From an uncultured delta proteobacterium (lineage in GTDB: Bacteria > Myxococcota_A > Polyangia > Palsa-1104): a stretch of 64,000 nt of DNA. Below the pieces are notes generated by a model. It was not told where the DNA came from. It saw only the letters and a list, made by a program, of their open reading frames with translations, and searched no databases. Below are positions 1-10,094 of this stretch, piece after piece (position 1 is the stretch's first letter; each line of letters opens with the position of its first letter). Made by a program: the position numbers and the translations under genes. The stretch is taken from positions 256,001 through 320,000 of the forward strand of contig CAWAWS010000033.1 of assembly GCA_963785725.1 (NCBI GenBank). Direction: 5' to 3'.

Positions 1-2
1 CG

Positions 3-113
3 CCGCCGCTGCTGCGGGAGACGCGCCTCGCCATCTTCGCCCGCCCGCCGCTCCGCTCGCTCGAATTCGCGCTCGCGCAGCACTCGCGCGGCCCTCCGTC
101 GCTCGTCGTCTGA
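3..113 (+). CDS. 3' end of an upstream ORF ending in an RGPP motif (DUF2946/CruR-like leader; partial)
   Basis: Frame from nt 3 reads PPLLRETRLAIFARPPLRSLEFALAQHSRGPPSLVV-stop (TGA 111-113). It lies 53 nt before a TonB-dependent receptor gene. Confidence 0.55.
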   Translation, partial: PPLLRETRLAIFARPPLRSLEFALAQHSRGPPSLVV

Positions 114-166
114 CGCCTTTTTTCGTCATTCGATGATCGCGCGCCGTTTACGGCGCTGGAGGATTC

Positions 167-2916
167 ATGCGTATTCATGCATGGCGGTGCGCCGCCGTGT
201 CGGCCGCGTTGTGGGCCATGCCCGCGCTCGCGGAAGAGCACGCAACACCCACGGCGGCGCCGATTTCACCGGCGGCGCCGCGAACGGCCGCGCCGGTGCT
301 CGTCGAACGCGTCGAGCCCGTCTATCCCGAAGCGGCGCGGCTCGCCGGAATCGGCGGCGTCGTCAGCTTGCAGCTCGAAGTCGGCGTCGACGGCAGCGTC
401 GGCGACGTCAAGGTCGTGCGCTCGGCCGGCCTCGGGCTCGACGCCGCCGCCATCACCGCCGCGCGGCAGCTCAAGTTCAAGCCGGCGCTGCAGGACGGTC
501 AGCCCATCGCCGCGACGGTGCTGTTCGACCAGCGCTTCATCGTGCGCACGCATTTGGCGAGCGAGACGACCGTCGACGCGCCCGAAGCCACCTCGCCGGT
601 GCCGGCCGAGCCCGCGCCCGCGCCCGAAAAGCCAACGACGACGACCGCCAACGGCAAGCCGACGCGCAGCTACGCGTCGACGGTCGTCGGCCGCGGCCCG
701 TCGAGCGCCGCGTCGGCCGAGACCATCCGTAACCTCGACTTCGACCTGCGCCCGAAGACCGCGCCCAACGACATCTTGCGCATCGTGCCCGGCCTTCTGA
801 CGGTGCAACACCAAGGCGGCGGCAAAGCGGACCAGCTCTTCTTACGCGGCTTCGACGCCGACCACGGCACCGACGTCGGCATCTTCGTCGACGGCATCCC
901 CGTCAACATGCCCTCGCACGCGCACGGCCAAGGCTACGCCGACTTGCACTGGATGATCCCCGAAGCGCTCGATTCGATCGAGGTCGTCAAGCATCCTTAC
1001 GATGTTCGCTTCGGCGACTTCTCGACCGCCGGCGCCGTCAACCTCATTACGCGCAAGGATTTCCCCGAATCATTCGCGCAGCTCATGGTCGGCGGCTTTC
1101 CCACGCTCGGCTGCTCGGGCGGCGCCGCGCAATGCAAGCTCGTCGCGCAAGAGCGCGTGCTCATCGTCGTCGCGCCCAAGCTCAAAGGGTTGGGCCTCGC
1201 GACTGCATCCGTGGATCGCGGCCGACCTCGCGCGCGATCAAGGTCCTTTCGTCGCCGCCGAGAACCTCGATCGCTACAATATCTTCGCCAAGCTCACTTA
1301 CGATTTATCGTCGAACGACGAAATCGGCACGTTCTTTCAGGCTTATGGATCGCAATGGATCGGCTCCGGGCAGATCCCCGAGCGCGCCGTCGCCGCCGGA
1401 CAGATCTCGCAGTTCGGCTCCGAAGATCCGTCGGAAGGCGGGATGACGCAGCGGCAAATGTTCACACTGTTCTTCAAACACCGCACGGCCGACAGTGAAT
1501 TCAAGATCAGCGCTTATGTCACTCGCTATAGCTTGGCGCTCTTCAACGACTTCACGTTCTTCTTGCAGCATCCGCTCACCGGCGACGAAATGGAGCAGGA
1601 CGACAGCCGCACGTTTACCGGCGTGATTGCTTCGTGGAAGAAATATTCGCGCTGGCATGGCATCAGCTTCCGCCATCAAGTCGGCGTCTCCATGCGTTAC
1701 GACGGCATTCACCTCAACTTATGGGACGTCGAATCGAGCGCCGTCAACGACGGCGGCAAGAGCTCGGGCGGCGGCGACTTCCGCCAGCGGCTCGGCTTGC
1801 GCGCCTCCGCCGACGAGCTGTTGAACATGATCGGTCCGGGCGGCGCCGTCGAGGTCTTGAACCTCGGCAGCAATGACGACATCAGCGAGGTCAACTTGGC
1901 CGCCTTCGTCGAAGAGGACGTCGTGTGGACCAAATGGCTGCGCACGATCGTCGGCATGCGCATGGACTATTTCGGCTTCAATGTCTCCGACGGCGCGCAA
2001 GTCTACGAACCGGGAACGATCAATACGTCGGGGACGCGGCAAGAATCGGTGCCGAGCCCGAAAGCGAGCGTCATCATCACGCCGCTACCGGCCTTCGACA
2101 TCTATCTCAATTACGGCTCCGGCTTTCACTCCAATGACGCACGCATCTCGGTTATTCCGCAGACGTTACGCACGAGCGACGGCTCGCGCGTGCAAGTGTT
2201 GCCGCGCTTTTATGCGGGCGAAATCGGCTTTCGTTACACTTACGGCCAATATTTCACGGCGGCGACGGCTTTATGGGCGAGCTATCTGCAAAATGAAGTG
2301 ACGATAGACGCCGATAACGGCCAGTTCTCGATCGGCGATCCGACGCGAGCGACTGGGCATCGACGTCGAACTGCGCGCGCATCCGTGGCGTTGGCTCTAT
2401 TTCGATTACGACATCGCCTATGCGCATTCGCAGTCGCTGCCCGATCACGGCAATGGCGGCGAAATCGCGCTCGCACCCAAGCTGTATATGACGGGCGGCC
2501 TGTCCTATTTCGGCACGGGCCGAATGACGGGGCTGCGCGCGCGCTTCGGCATGCGCTATTTGAGCGGCAATCCCATGTTCGACACCAACTCGCCCGAATA
2601 TCAGGCGCTGGCGAGGAGCAATCCGCAGCAGGTCATCGGCCAGGACTATACGATCTTCGACTTGTCGGCCACCTATCGTTATCGCTGGATGGAAGTGGGA
2701 TTCAATATTCAAAACCTATTCAACGCCACCTGGCGCGAGGCGCAGTTCGGAAACGAGAGCTGCACCTATCAAGAGGTCTATAACCCGAAGAATCCGAATT
2801 ATAACGTCTGCGGAATTACGCAGCCGGCGGCGCAACGCACGGGTGTGCCCGATGTCCATTATACGCCGGGCGTTCCATTCAATCTGCAGGTCATGTTGAA
2901 GGCGTATTTCCTATGA
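167..2916 (+). CDS. TonB-dependent receptor with N-terminal TonB C-terminal domain; two frameshifts
   Basis: Signal peptide, TonB-C domain (PVYPEAAR...KFKPA), plug (HQGGGKADQLFLRGFDADHGTD...HAHGQGYADL) and a barrel ending in YFL. Split over ORFs 167..1498, 1002..2783 and 2488..2916, with +1 shifts near 1185 and 2350. Confidence 0.85.
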
Positions 2917-3986
2917 AGCCGAATATGCGATTCGTCGTGCTCGCGAGCGGCTTGTTATGCGGCGCTTGCGGCGTCGATGGCTCGGGCAGCCCGACGACCG
3001 GAAATGCCAACTTATATCAAGGCGCGGGCTCCCAATGGACGGCCAAGCTGGCGAATGATTCGACGTTCATGCTGCTGCATTTCTCGCAATTGGGGCAGAC
3101 GACGGCCGATCAGCTCATCAACGGGACCGACACGATCGATGCCAATGGCTTTACCGCATTGACGGTCACGTCGTCGGCCGGCAGCGGCGAGCCGGCGGAG
3201 GGCGCGACCTCATCGGCTGTGCAGATCGCCGATTCCTTATTCGTGCTCGCGCCATTTACGGCCGGCAATTTGATACCGATGATTCCCGCTGACAGCTGCC
3301 CGGGCGGAGTCGTGAACGCCAATCTCGTGAAAGTGAAAGTCGCCGCCGACTGGTCGCCGATGACGAACGACGCGACGGCGACCTTCACTTATGATTCGAC
3401 GACCGGGCTGGCGACTTTGCCGGCGCGTTATAGCGCGAATGATCCGGCGACGGCGATCGCCGGCGGCGAATCGTCATTGGGCGCCGGCGCCTGCAGCGAC
3501 GGCGCGTTGACGGCAGACAGCGGCGCCGAGCTGTTCTTGAGCGCGGGCGGCGTCGTCGTGCATACGCAGCCGGCGAGCGAGGCGCAAGCGCTCGACGAGA
3601 TCTATGTCGGGCTGCCGCAGACCGACGCGGCCGTGGCGCCGCTGAGCTTGGCCGGCAGTTATTACGGCTATTTATTCGTCGACGAAGCGACGCCCATCGT
3701 TAGCCCGGTCATCGTGACATTGGCGGCCAATGGCGCGACGTTGGCCGGCGGCGCAACGGCGACGAGCGGCACCGGCGGTGCGCACATGACGCTGACGAGC
3801 GCCGGCGCGGCCAACGGACTAATCATCGGCACGATCGATACGACGAGCGCGAACGGAGGCGGCGCCGCGCAACCGCTGAGCTGCGCCGCCCAAATCGGCG
3901 TCGGCGCCGCGATGCAAACCGTGCTCGCCTGCGCCGGCACGAGCCAAGACCTGCGCTTCGTCAGCCTCATCCTCTTTAGTCACTGA
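2913..3986 (+). CDS. Putative lipoprotein, translationally coupled to the receptor
   Basis: ATG overlaps the receptor stop (ATGA). Signal ends LLCGAC; sequence is Ala/Gly/Thr-rich. Confidence 0.65.
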   Translation: MKPNMRFVVLASGLLCGACGVDGSGSPTTGNANLYQGAGSQWTAKLANDSTFMLLHFSQLGQTTADQLINGTDTIDANGFTALTVTSSAGSGEPAEGATSSAVQIADSLFVLAPFTAGNLIPMIPADSCPGGVVNANLVKVKVAADWSPMTNDATATFTYDSTTGLATLPARYSANDPATAIAGGESSLGAGACSDGALTADSGAELFLSAGGVVVHTQPASEAQALDEIYVGLPQTDAAVAPLSLAGSYYGYLFVDEATPIVSPVIVTLAANGATLAGGATATSGTGGAHMTLTSAGAANGLIIGTIDTTSANGGGAAQPLSCAAQIGVGAAMQTVLACAGTSQDLRFVSLILFSH

Positions 3987-4217
3987 TATCGCAGCACTTC
4001 GAAGTGCCATTGCGCGAAGCAGCGCGTCTCATTTCCGATCGCGCAGACTTTGGAGCGCGTCCTCGACCGTCCGGCAACGTCCTCTAAATCGACAGTAAAA
4101 TCATGGCCGATCACAGCGGCAGAAGCTTCTCGTGGCGGCCGTGCGAGTTTTCGTCGGCAAATACTGGACGGTAAGGCGGGTCGGGCGATCTGCGCGGATC
4201 CCTTCCGGTCTTAGCGG

Positions 4218-4245
4218 TTGATCTATCTTCGAGTGACGATATACT
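4218..4245 (+). promoter_or_regulatory. sigma70-type promoter for the riboswitch-nrdAB unit
   Basis: TTGATC (4218-4223), 16-nt spacer, TATACT (4240-4245), directly before the riboswitch. Confidence 0.55.
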
Positions 4246-4252
4246 ACCGTAC

Positions 4253-4412
4253 GTTGTCAGGCAGGGAACCTGGTGAAAATCCAGGATTGCCCCGCAGCGG
4301 TGAGCAGGAACGACCGCCGTCACACGCACTGGCTTCGGCTGGGAAGCGACGGCTAGTAGAAGGCGAATCGCCGCGATTCGTCATGCCTGCGAGTCCGAAA
4401 ACCTCCTGACGA
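4253..4412 (+). ncRNA. Cobalamin riboswitch
   Basis: AGGGAA-CCTGGTGAAAATCCAGG-ATTGCCCCGCAGCGGTGA ... GCACTG ... GGGAAG ... B12-box-like GAGTCCGAAAACCT. Closing helix GTCAGG (4256-4261)/CCTGAC (4405-4410). Upstream of a B12-independent RNR. Confidence 0.9.
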
Positions 4413-4542
4413 CCTGCGCCGAAAGGGCGCGGATTTGACCTGAATCTCCGAGGGGAGATGGCAGGCCCGCCGAAACGCCGCGCCTGTGCGGCTGTCGTCG
4501 TGGCCTCCCGTTGTCCGCGGAAACTCGACGGAGGGATCGGCG

Positions 4543-6936
4543 ATGTTGAACGCGTCCATTACACCCATCATTTCCCCGCCCACCGGACAGCGCGAGACGG
4601 ACGCTTATTCGTCGAGCATGCGCGTGCGTAAGCGCAATGGCACGTTCGAGTCGGTCGATCTCAATAAGATCGTGCGCGCCGTCGGCCGCTCGTGCGCCGG
4701 ATTGAGCAACGTCGATCCCATGCGCGTCGCGACCAAGACCATTAGCGGCCTCTATGACGGCGCCACTACGCGTGAATTGGATCAGCAGTCGATTCAGACC
4801 GCCGCGTCGTTGACCGCCGAAGAGCCCGATTATGCGCGTTTGGCCGCGCGGCTATTGGCGACCTATATCGATAAGGAAGTCGCCGGGCAAGAGATTCAGT
4901 CGTTCTCGCAGTCGATTGCCGCCGGTCAGCGGCACGGGCTCATCGGCGACCGCGTAGCGCAATTCGTGGCGCTCAACAGCCGCAAGCTCAATGACACGAT
5001 CTCGCCGACGCGCAATCAGCTGTTCGAATACTTCGGCCTTCGTACACTGTACGATCGTTATCTGCTGAAGAATCCGCAGACGCGTCAGGTCATCGAGACG
5101 CCGCAGCACTTCTTCTTGCGTGTGGCCTGCGCGCTCTCGGAGACGATGGCCGACGTGCTCGAGATGTATCGACTGTTCTCGTCGCTGGAGTACCTGCCCA
5201 GCTCGCCGACGCTGTTCAACGCCGGCACGCGCCACGAGCAGCTGTCGTCGTGCTTTCTGCTCGACTCGCCCGCCGATCACTTGGAAGACATCTATCGCAA
5301 ATACACCGATGTCGCGCTGCTGTCGAAGTTCGCCGGCGGGATCGGGCTCGCTTATCACCGCGTGCGCTCGCGTGGCTCGTTGATTGAATCGACCAACGGT
5401 CATTCGAACGGCATCGTGCCTTGGCTGAAGACGCTCGACGCGTCGGTGGCCGCCGTCAATCAAGGCGGTAAGCGCAAGGGCGCCTGCTGTGTCTATTTGG
5501 AGACGTGGCACGCCGACATCGAAGAGTTCCTCGAGCTGCGCGACAACACCGGCGACGAGGCGCGGCGCGCGCACAACCTCAATCTCGCCAATTGGGTCTC
5601 CGATCTATTCATGCAGCGCGTCGAAGCGGACGGCACGTGGTCGCTCTTCGATCCCAAAGAGACGCCGCACTTGGTCGACCTTTATGGCGAGGATTTCGCG
5701 ACCGCCTATGTGGTCGCCGAAGCCGCGGGACTGGCGAAGAAACAGGTCAAAGCGCGCGAGCTCTATGCGCGCATGATGCGGGTGCTGGCACAAACGGGAA
5801 ATGGTTGGATGACGTTCAAAGACGCGTCCAATCGTAAGTGCAATCAGACGGCGGAAGCCGGACGCGTCGTGCACTTGTCGAATCTGTGTACGGAAATTCT
5901 CGAAGTCACCAACGACTCCGAGACCGCCGTTTGCAATCTGGGCTCGATCAATCTGTCGCGGCATCTCGAGAACGGGAAGCTGTCGTACGAGAAGCTGCGC
6001 GCGACGGTGCGCGTGGCCGTGCGTCAGCTCGATCGCGTCATCGATTTGAACTACTACCCGATTGCGACGGCGGCGGCGTCGAATGGCCGCTGGCGGCCGG
6101 TCGGTCTCGGCATCATGGGCTTGCAGGATCTGTTCTTTCAGCTGCGTTTGCCCTTCGATTCCGTCGAGTCGCGCGCGCTGTCCCGCTCGATTCAAGAGGA
6201 GATCTATTATGCGGCGCTCGATGCGTCGTGCGAATTGGCGGCGGCGCGCGGCGCGCATCCGGCGTTCGCCGAGACACGCGCCGCGCGTGGCGAGCTGCAG
6301 TTCGACGCTTGGAACGTCGTGCCCGACGACAATGCGCGTTGGCAGGCGCTGCGCGAGCGCATTGCCAAGCATGGACTGCGCAACTCGCTGTTGATCGCCA
6401 TTGCGCCGACGGCGACGATCGCGTCGATCGCCGGCTGCTACGAATGCATCGAGCCGCAGACGTCGAACCTCTTCAAGCGCGAGACGTTGTCGGGCGACTT
6501 CCTGCAAATCAATCGTTACTTGGTCGAAGAGCTGCGTGCGCTCGGCTTATGGAACGAGCACGTGCGCAATCGCATCAAGATCGCCGAAGGCTCGGTGCAG
6601 ACCCTCGGCGAGCTGCCGGCGGACGTGAAGCAGATTTATCGCACGGTCTGGGAAGTGCCGATGCGCTCGCTCATCGATATGGCGGCCGATCGTGGCGCCT
6701 TCATCGATCAAAGCCAGTCGCTCAATCTCTTTGCCGAGAGCCCCAATATCGGCGCGCTGTCGTCGATGTATTTCTATGCGTGGAAGCGCGGGCTCAAGAC
6801 GACCTATTACCTCCGCTCGCGGCCGGCGACGCGCATTGCCAAGACGACGGTCGACGATTCGAGCCCGAAGGTCAGTGAAACGGCGGCGGTCGCCTGCTCG
6901 CTCGAGAACCCCGAAAGCTGCGAAGCCTGCCAATAG
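4543..6936 (+). CDS. nrdA: Ribonucleoside-diphosphate reductase class Ia alpha subunit with ATP cone
   Basis: VRKRNG ATP cone, SPTLFNAGT, QLSSCFL, SNLCTEI, APTATIA, KTTYYLR and C-terminal CEAC. Start chosen after GAGGGA. Confidence 0.95.
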   Translation: MLNASITPIISPPTGQRETDAYSSSMRVRKRNGTFESVDLNKIVRAVGRSCAGLSNVDPMRVATKTISGLYDGATTRELDQQSIQTAASLTAEEPDYARLAARLLATYIDKEVAGQEIQSFSQSIAAGQRHGLIGDRVAQFVALNSRKLNDTISPTRNQLFEYFGLRTLYDRYLLKNPQTRQVIETPQHFFLRVACALSETMADVLEMYRLFSSLEYLPSSPTLFNAGTRHEQLSSCFLLDSPADHLEDIYRKYTDVALLSKFAGGIGLAYHRVRSRGSLIESTNGHSNGIVPWLKTLDASVAAVNQGGKRKGACCVYLETWHADIEEFLELRDNTGDEARRAHNLNLANWVSDLFMQRVEADGTWSLFDPKETPHLVDLYGEDFATAYVVAEAAGLAKKQVKARELYARMMRVLAQTGNGWMTFKDASNRKCNQTAEAGRVVHLSNLCTEILEVTNDSETAVCNLGSINLSRHLENGKLSYEKLRATVRVAVRQLDRVIDLNYYPIATAAASNGRWRPVGLGIMGLQDLFFQLRLPFDSVESRALSRSIQEEIYYAALDASCELAAARGAHPAFAETRAARGELQFDAWNVVPDDNARWQALRERIAKHGLRNSLLIAIAPTATIASIAGCYECIEPQTSNLFKRETLSGDFLQINRYLVEELRALGLWNEHVRNRIKIAEGSVQTLGELPADVKQIYRTVWEVPMRSLIDMAADRGAFIDQSQSLNLFAESPNIGALSSMYFYAWKRGLKTTYYLRSRPATRIAKTTVDDSSPKVSETAAVACSLENPESCEACQ

Positions 6937-6944
6937 GAGCCGCC

Positions 6945-7943
6945 ATGTTGCTCGATCCCGGCATGAACTTGACGTTGCGGCCCATGGCCTATCCGAAGTT
7001 TTACGAGATGTACAAAGACGCGATCCGTAACACTTGGACCGTCGACGAGGTCGACTTCTCGACCGACACCGGTGATTTGCGTTATCGCATGACCGACGCC
7101 GATCGCCACTTGATTCAGCGCTTGGTGGCGTTCTTTGCCACCGGCGATTCGATTGTCGCCAACAACTTGGTGCTCAATCTCTACAAGCACATCAATGCGC
7201 CGGAAGCGCGGCTCTATTTGTCGCGTCAATTGTACGAAGAGGCGCTGCACGTGCAGTTCTATTTGACGCTGCTCGACACGTACGTTCCCGAGCCGAGCCA
7301 GCGCGCCAAAGCGTTCGCGGCGGTGGAGAAGATTCCGTCGATTCGTCAGAAGGCCGAGTTCTGCCTGAAATGGACGGACTCGATTCAGAATCTGCAGCGG
7401 CTGGAATCGCGCGCCGATCGCAAGCAGTTCCTGCTCAACTTGATTACGTTCGCCGGCGCGATCGAGGGCTTATTCTTCTTTGCCGCGTTCGCCTATGTCT
7501 ACTTCCTGCGTTCGCGCGGTCTCTTGCATGGTTTGGCGGGCGGCACCAATTGGGTCTTTCGTGACGAGAGCGCGCATATGGCGTTCGCGTTCGAAGTGGT
7601 CAATACCGTGCGTCACGAAGAGCCCGACCTCTTCGACGACGAGCTGAAAGCGGCCGTGGCCAAGATGATGGCCGAAGCGGTCGACTGCGAGATGCAGTTC
7701 GCCGAGGATCTGCTGAGCGGCGGCGTGCCTGGGTTGTCGGTGCGCGATATGCGTCAGTATCTCGAATATGTCGCCGATCAGCGCATGGTGACGCTGGAAT
7801 TGCCGCGGCTCTATCACGCGAAGAATCCGTTCTCGTTCATGGAGCTGCAGGACGTGCAGGAGCTGGCGAACTTCTTCGAGCGGCGCGTCTCGGCCTATCA
7901 AGTCGGCGTCGAAGGCAGCGTCGAGCTCGACGCCGCGTTTTAA
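6945..7943 (+). CDS. nrdB: Ribonucleoside-diphosphate reductase class Ia beta subunit
   Basis: Di-iron ligands FFATGD, EEALHVQFY (radical Tyr), IEGLFF, RDESAH, plus NFFERRVSAYQ. Confidence 0.95.
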   Translation: MLLDPGMNLTLRPMAYPKFYEMYKDAIRNTWTVDEVDFSTDTGDLRYRMTDADRHLIQRLVAFFATGDSIVANNLVLNLYKHINAPEARLYLSRQLYEEALHVQFYLTLLDTYVPEPSQRAKAFAAVEKIPSIRQKAEFCLKWTDSIQNLQRLESRADRKQFLLNLITFAGAIEGLFFFAAFAYVYFLRSRGLLHGLAGGTNWVFRDESAHMAFAFEVVNTVRHEEPDLFDDELKAAVAKMMAEAVDCEMQFAEDLLSGGVPGLSVRDMRQYLEYVADQRMVTLELPRLYHAKNPFSFMELQDVQELANFFERRVSAYQVGVEGSVELDAAF

Positions 7944-7949
7944 CAACTG

Positions 7950-8366
7950 CTAAGCAATCGGCGCTCTTACGCGCCGTCCCCAGGCGACGAACAGCGCCAG
8001 CGCCACCAATGAGAAATTGAACGGTGTATGCGATCCTTCGCCGCGCGATATATGAAAGACGATCGCGGACGCTTGTAATGCCGCGCAGCCCAGCGCCGCC
8101 AGCACCGTCAGTTGCGGCTTGATGCGCGTGGCCGCGGGCAATACGAGGCCGATTCCGCCGCACAGATCGAAGAAGGCGGTCATGTAGAGGAATGCGGGCG
8201 AGACTTGGCCCGCCCACGGAATCATCGCCGCCAGCTTGGGAATCGGCGTCAATAGCTTCCAGAACGCCGTGCCGATGAAGATGACGGCCAAGAGCGATTG
8301 CACGATCCATAAGCCGCGGTGAAGCGCGCCCGCAGGCTTGACGCCGCCAGCCGTTCCGCTCGTCAT
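7950..8366 (-). CDS. DoxX-family membrane protein
   Basis: Four hydrophobic segments: LWIVQSLLAVIF...GGIGLVLPAATRIKP...FHISRGE. Confidence 0.8.
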   Translation of the reverse strand: MTSGTAGGVKPAGALHRGLWIVQSLLAVIFIGTAFWKLLTPIPKLAAMIPWAGQVSPAFLYMTAFFDLCGGIGLVLPAATRIKPQLTVLAALGCAALQASAIVFHISRGEGSHTPFNFSLVALALFVAWGRRVRAPIA

Positions 8367-8467
8367 GCGAATTCCTCGTCGTATTCGTGGTTACTTCGAT
8401 GCGCCTGGTTACGTCTAGTGACTGACGCTATCTTGAGGACTGCGGCGGCGGCTGGCAAGGAGGCACA

Positions 8468-8872
8468 TTGAAGTCACTAGGGAACAACAAGCTCACCAAG
8501 AGCTTCGCCGAGGATTGCGCGGCGATGCGCGATGTCTTGAACCGCGTCGGCGACAAGTGGAGCGTGCTCGTCATCGTCAACCTCGGCGAAGGCGACAAGC
8601 GCTTCAGCGAGCTCAGGCGCAGCATCGACGGCATCTCGCAGCGCATGTTGACGCTGACGCTGCGCGGGCTCGAGCGCGACGGCCTGGTCGGGCGCACGGT
8701 GACGGCGACGACGATTCCGGCGCGCGTCGACTACGCGCTGACGCGACTCGGGCGGACGCTGATCGAGCCGGTGACGGCGCTGGCGCTGTGGGCGTGGCGG
8801 CATCGACCCGACGTGGAGCGCGCGCGCGCGGGGTTCGACCGCGCGGCGACGGCGCGGCCGCGGCGCGTCTGA
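8468..8872 (+). CDS. HxlR-family winged-helix transcriptional regulator
   Basis: VGDKWSVLVI...RFSELRRSIDGISQRMLTLTLRGLERDGLV...VDYALT. Divergent from the DoxX gene. Start uncertain. Confidence 0.9.
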   Translation: MKSLGNNKLTKSFAEDCAAMRDVLNRVGDKWSVLVIVNLGEGDKRFSELRRSIDGISQRMLTLTLRGLERDGLVGRTVTATTIPARVDYALTRLGRTLIEPVTALALWAWRHRPDVERARAGFDRAATARPRRV

Positions 8873-8881
8873 CCGTTCGAG

Positions 8882-9085
8882 GTGGCCACGCGCCACGCGC
8901 CGTCGCGGCTGGAAGACGCGCTCGGCGCGCTCTCGCCCGAGCAGCGCGAAGTGTTCGTGCTCCGCGAGCTGAGCCAGCTATCTTACGAGCAAATCGCCGA
9001 CGCCGTCGGTATCGACGCCGGCACCGTGCGCTCGCGGCTGCATCGCGCCCGCGCCGCGCTACAGTCGGCGCTCGCCGACCTTTGG
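8882..9085 (+). pseudogene. Relic of an ECF sigma factor (region 4 only)
   Basis: LSPEQREVFVLRELSQLSYEQIADAVGIDAGTVRSRLHRARAAL. No room upstream for region 2. Confidence 0.7.
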
Positions 9086-9380
9086 GCGCGATCGTCAGCA
9101 CGCGATCGTACGCCGCCTCGTCGTAGCGCTGCAGCATATAGAGCAGCTCGCCGTCGAAGAAGCTCAGCTGGCCATCATTGATATTGGGATATTTCGCCAG
9201 GTACTTTTGATAGAGCGCGTGCGCTTCGTCGTACTTCTTCGGGCTCTTCTCTTGTTGCGCCTGTTTGTGCAGGACCGTCGCCTGCTCGGCCCAGCGATGG
9301 GCCTCGTCGTTCGCCCAATGCGGCTCCTCGGCGAGCGCCTGAGCGGACCACAGCATCGCAACCACGAGAGCGCTTCGCAT
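9076..9380 (-). pseudogene. Truncated secreted TPR protein
   Basis: GGAGG RBS, signal peptide and TPR-like YDEAHALYQKYLAKYP...GELLYMLQRYDEAAYDRV. It then runs into the antisense of the sigma relic. Confidence 0.55.
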
Positions 9381-9513
9381 GACGGCCTCCTACATGCTTA
9401 CTCCGAGGCACGCCGGAAAAAGTTCCCAGTATTCGAATCGGCTGAGCTGCACGTGAGAAACGGGATGGCGCGTCACGTGCATAGCCGCGCACGGCCAGCG
9501 CTGCGCCGGCGGG

Positions 9514-9801
9514 CTACGGATTGCCGGCGGCCAATGCGGGCGCGGCGAGCTGCTCGATCGTCGCCAGCCGATGGCTCGTGACCGCTTTGACGCGACCGAG
9601 CTTGGGCAGCTCATCCAAGATCGCAGGCCACGCCGGTGTCAGCCGCAGGACGCGATCGATCGACGCGGACGGCGCCGGCCGGCCGCAGTCGCGCGCCAAG
9701 AGCTCGACCTCGGTCGTGCCCAGCGCGTCGGCGACATCGCGCAAATGCACGTGCGGATGGCGCCGCCGATCGTCGCGCCAGGAAGGCCGCAGCATGTTCA
9801 T
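9514..9801 (-). pseudogene. N-terminal fragment of HemS/ChuS-like hemin-degrading protein
   Basis: LRDVADALGTTEVELLA...RLTPAWPAILDELPKLGRVKAVT..RLATIEQ resembles the HemS N-terminus. Only 95 aa. Confidence 0.6.
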
Positions 9802-9832
9802 AGCGTCACCTCCTCGCCGTCGCTACGCGGGC

Positions 9833-9991
9833 TCATAGCGCGGCCACCTTGACGAAGCAAAGGCCGCCGTCGCCCGAGCCGACCGTGCCCGTGGGCGTCG
9901 CGTCATACGTGACGATCTGCCGCTCGCAGACCTTACCGCCGCCGCCGCGAACGAGCCAGCGAGCGGCGGCCGGCGTCAGGGTGTGCCTCAT
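9833..9991 (-). pseudogene. Short ORF resembling the C-terminus of an HmuY-family heme-binding protein
   Basis: MRHTLTPAAARWLVRGGGGKVCERQIVTYDATPTGTVGSGDGGLCFVKVAAL (52 aa), directly upstream of the HemS-like fragment. Confidence 0.4.
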
Positions 9992-10094
9992 CTAAATTGG
10001 ACTTTATCGATTTTGCGAATCAGTCGCAGCAAGAATCATAACACGCACGGGTCGCGGCGCATCGCGCCGTCTCGCCGCTCGGTTCGGCTCGACA

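Noticed and set aside
4230..4250. NrdR box upstream of nrdA
   Set aside because: The resemblance to the palindromic consensus is weak, and the sequence is better explained as the -10 element.
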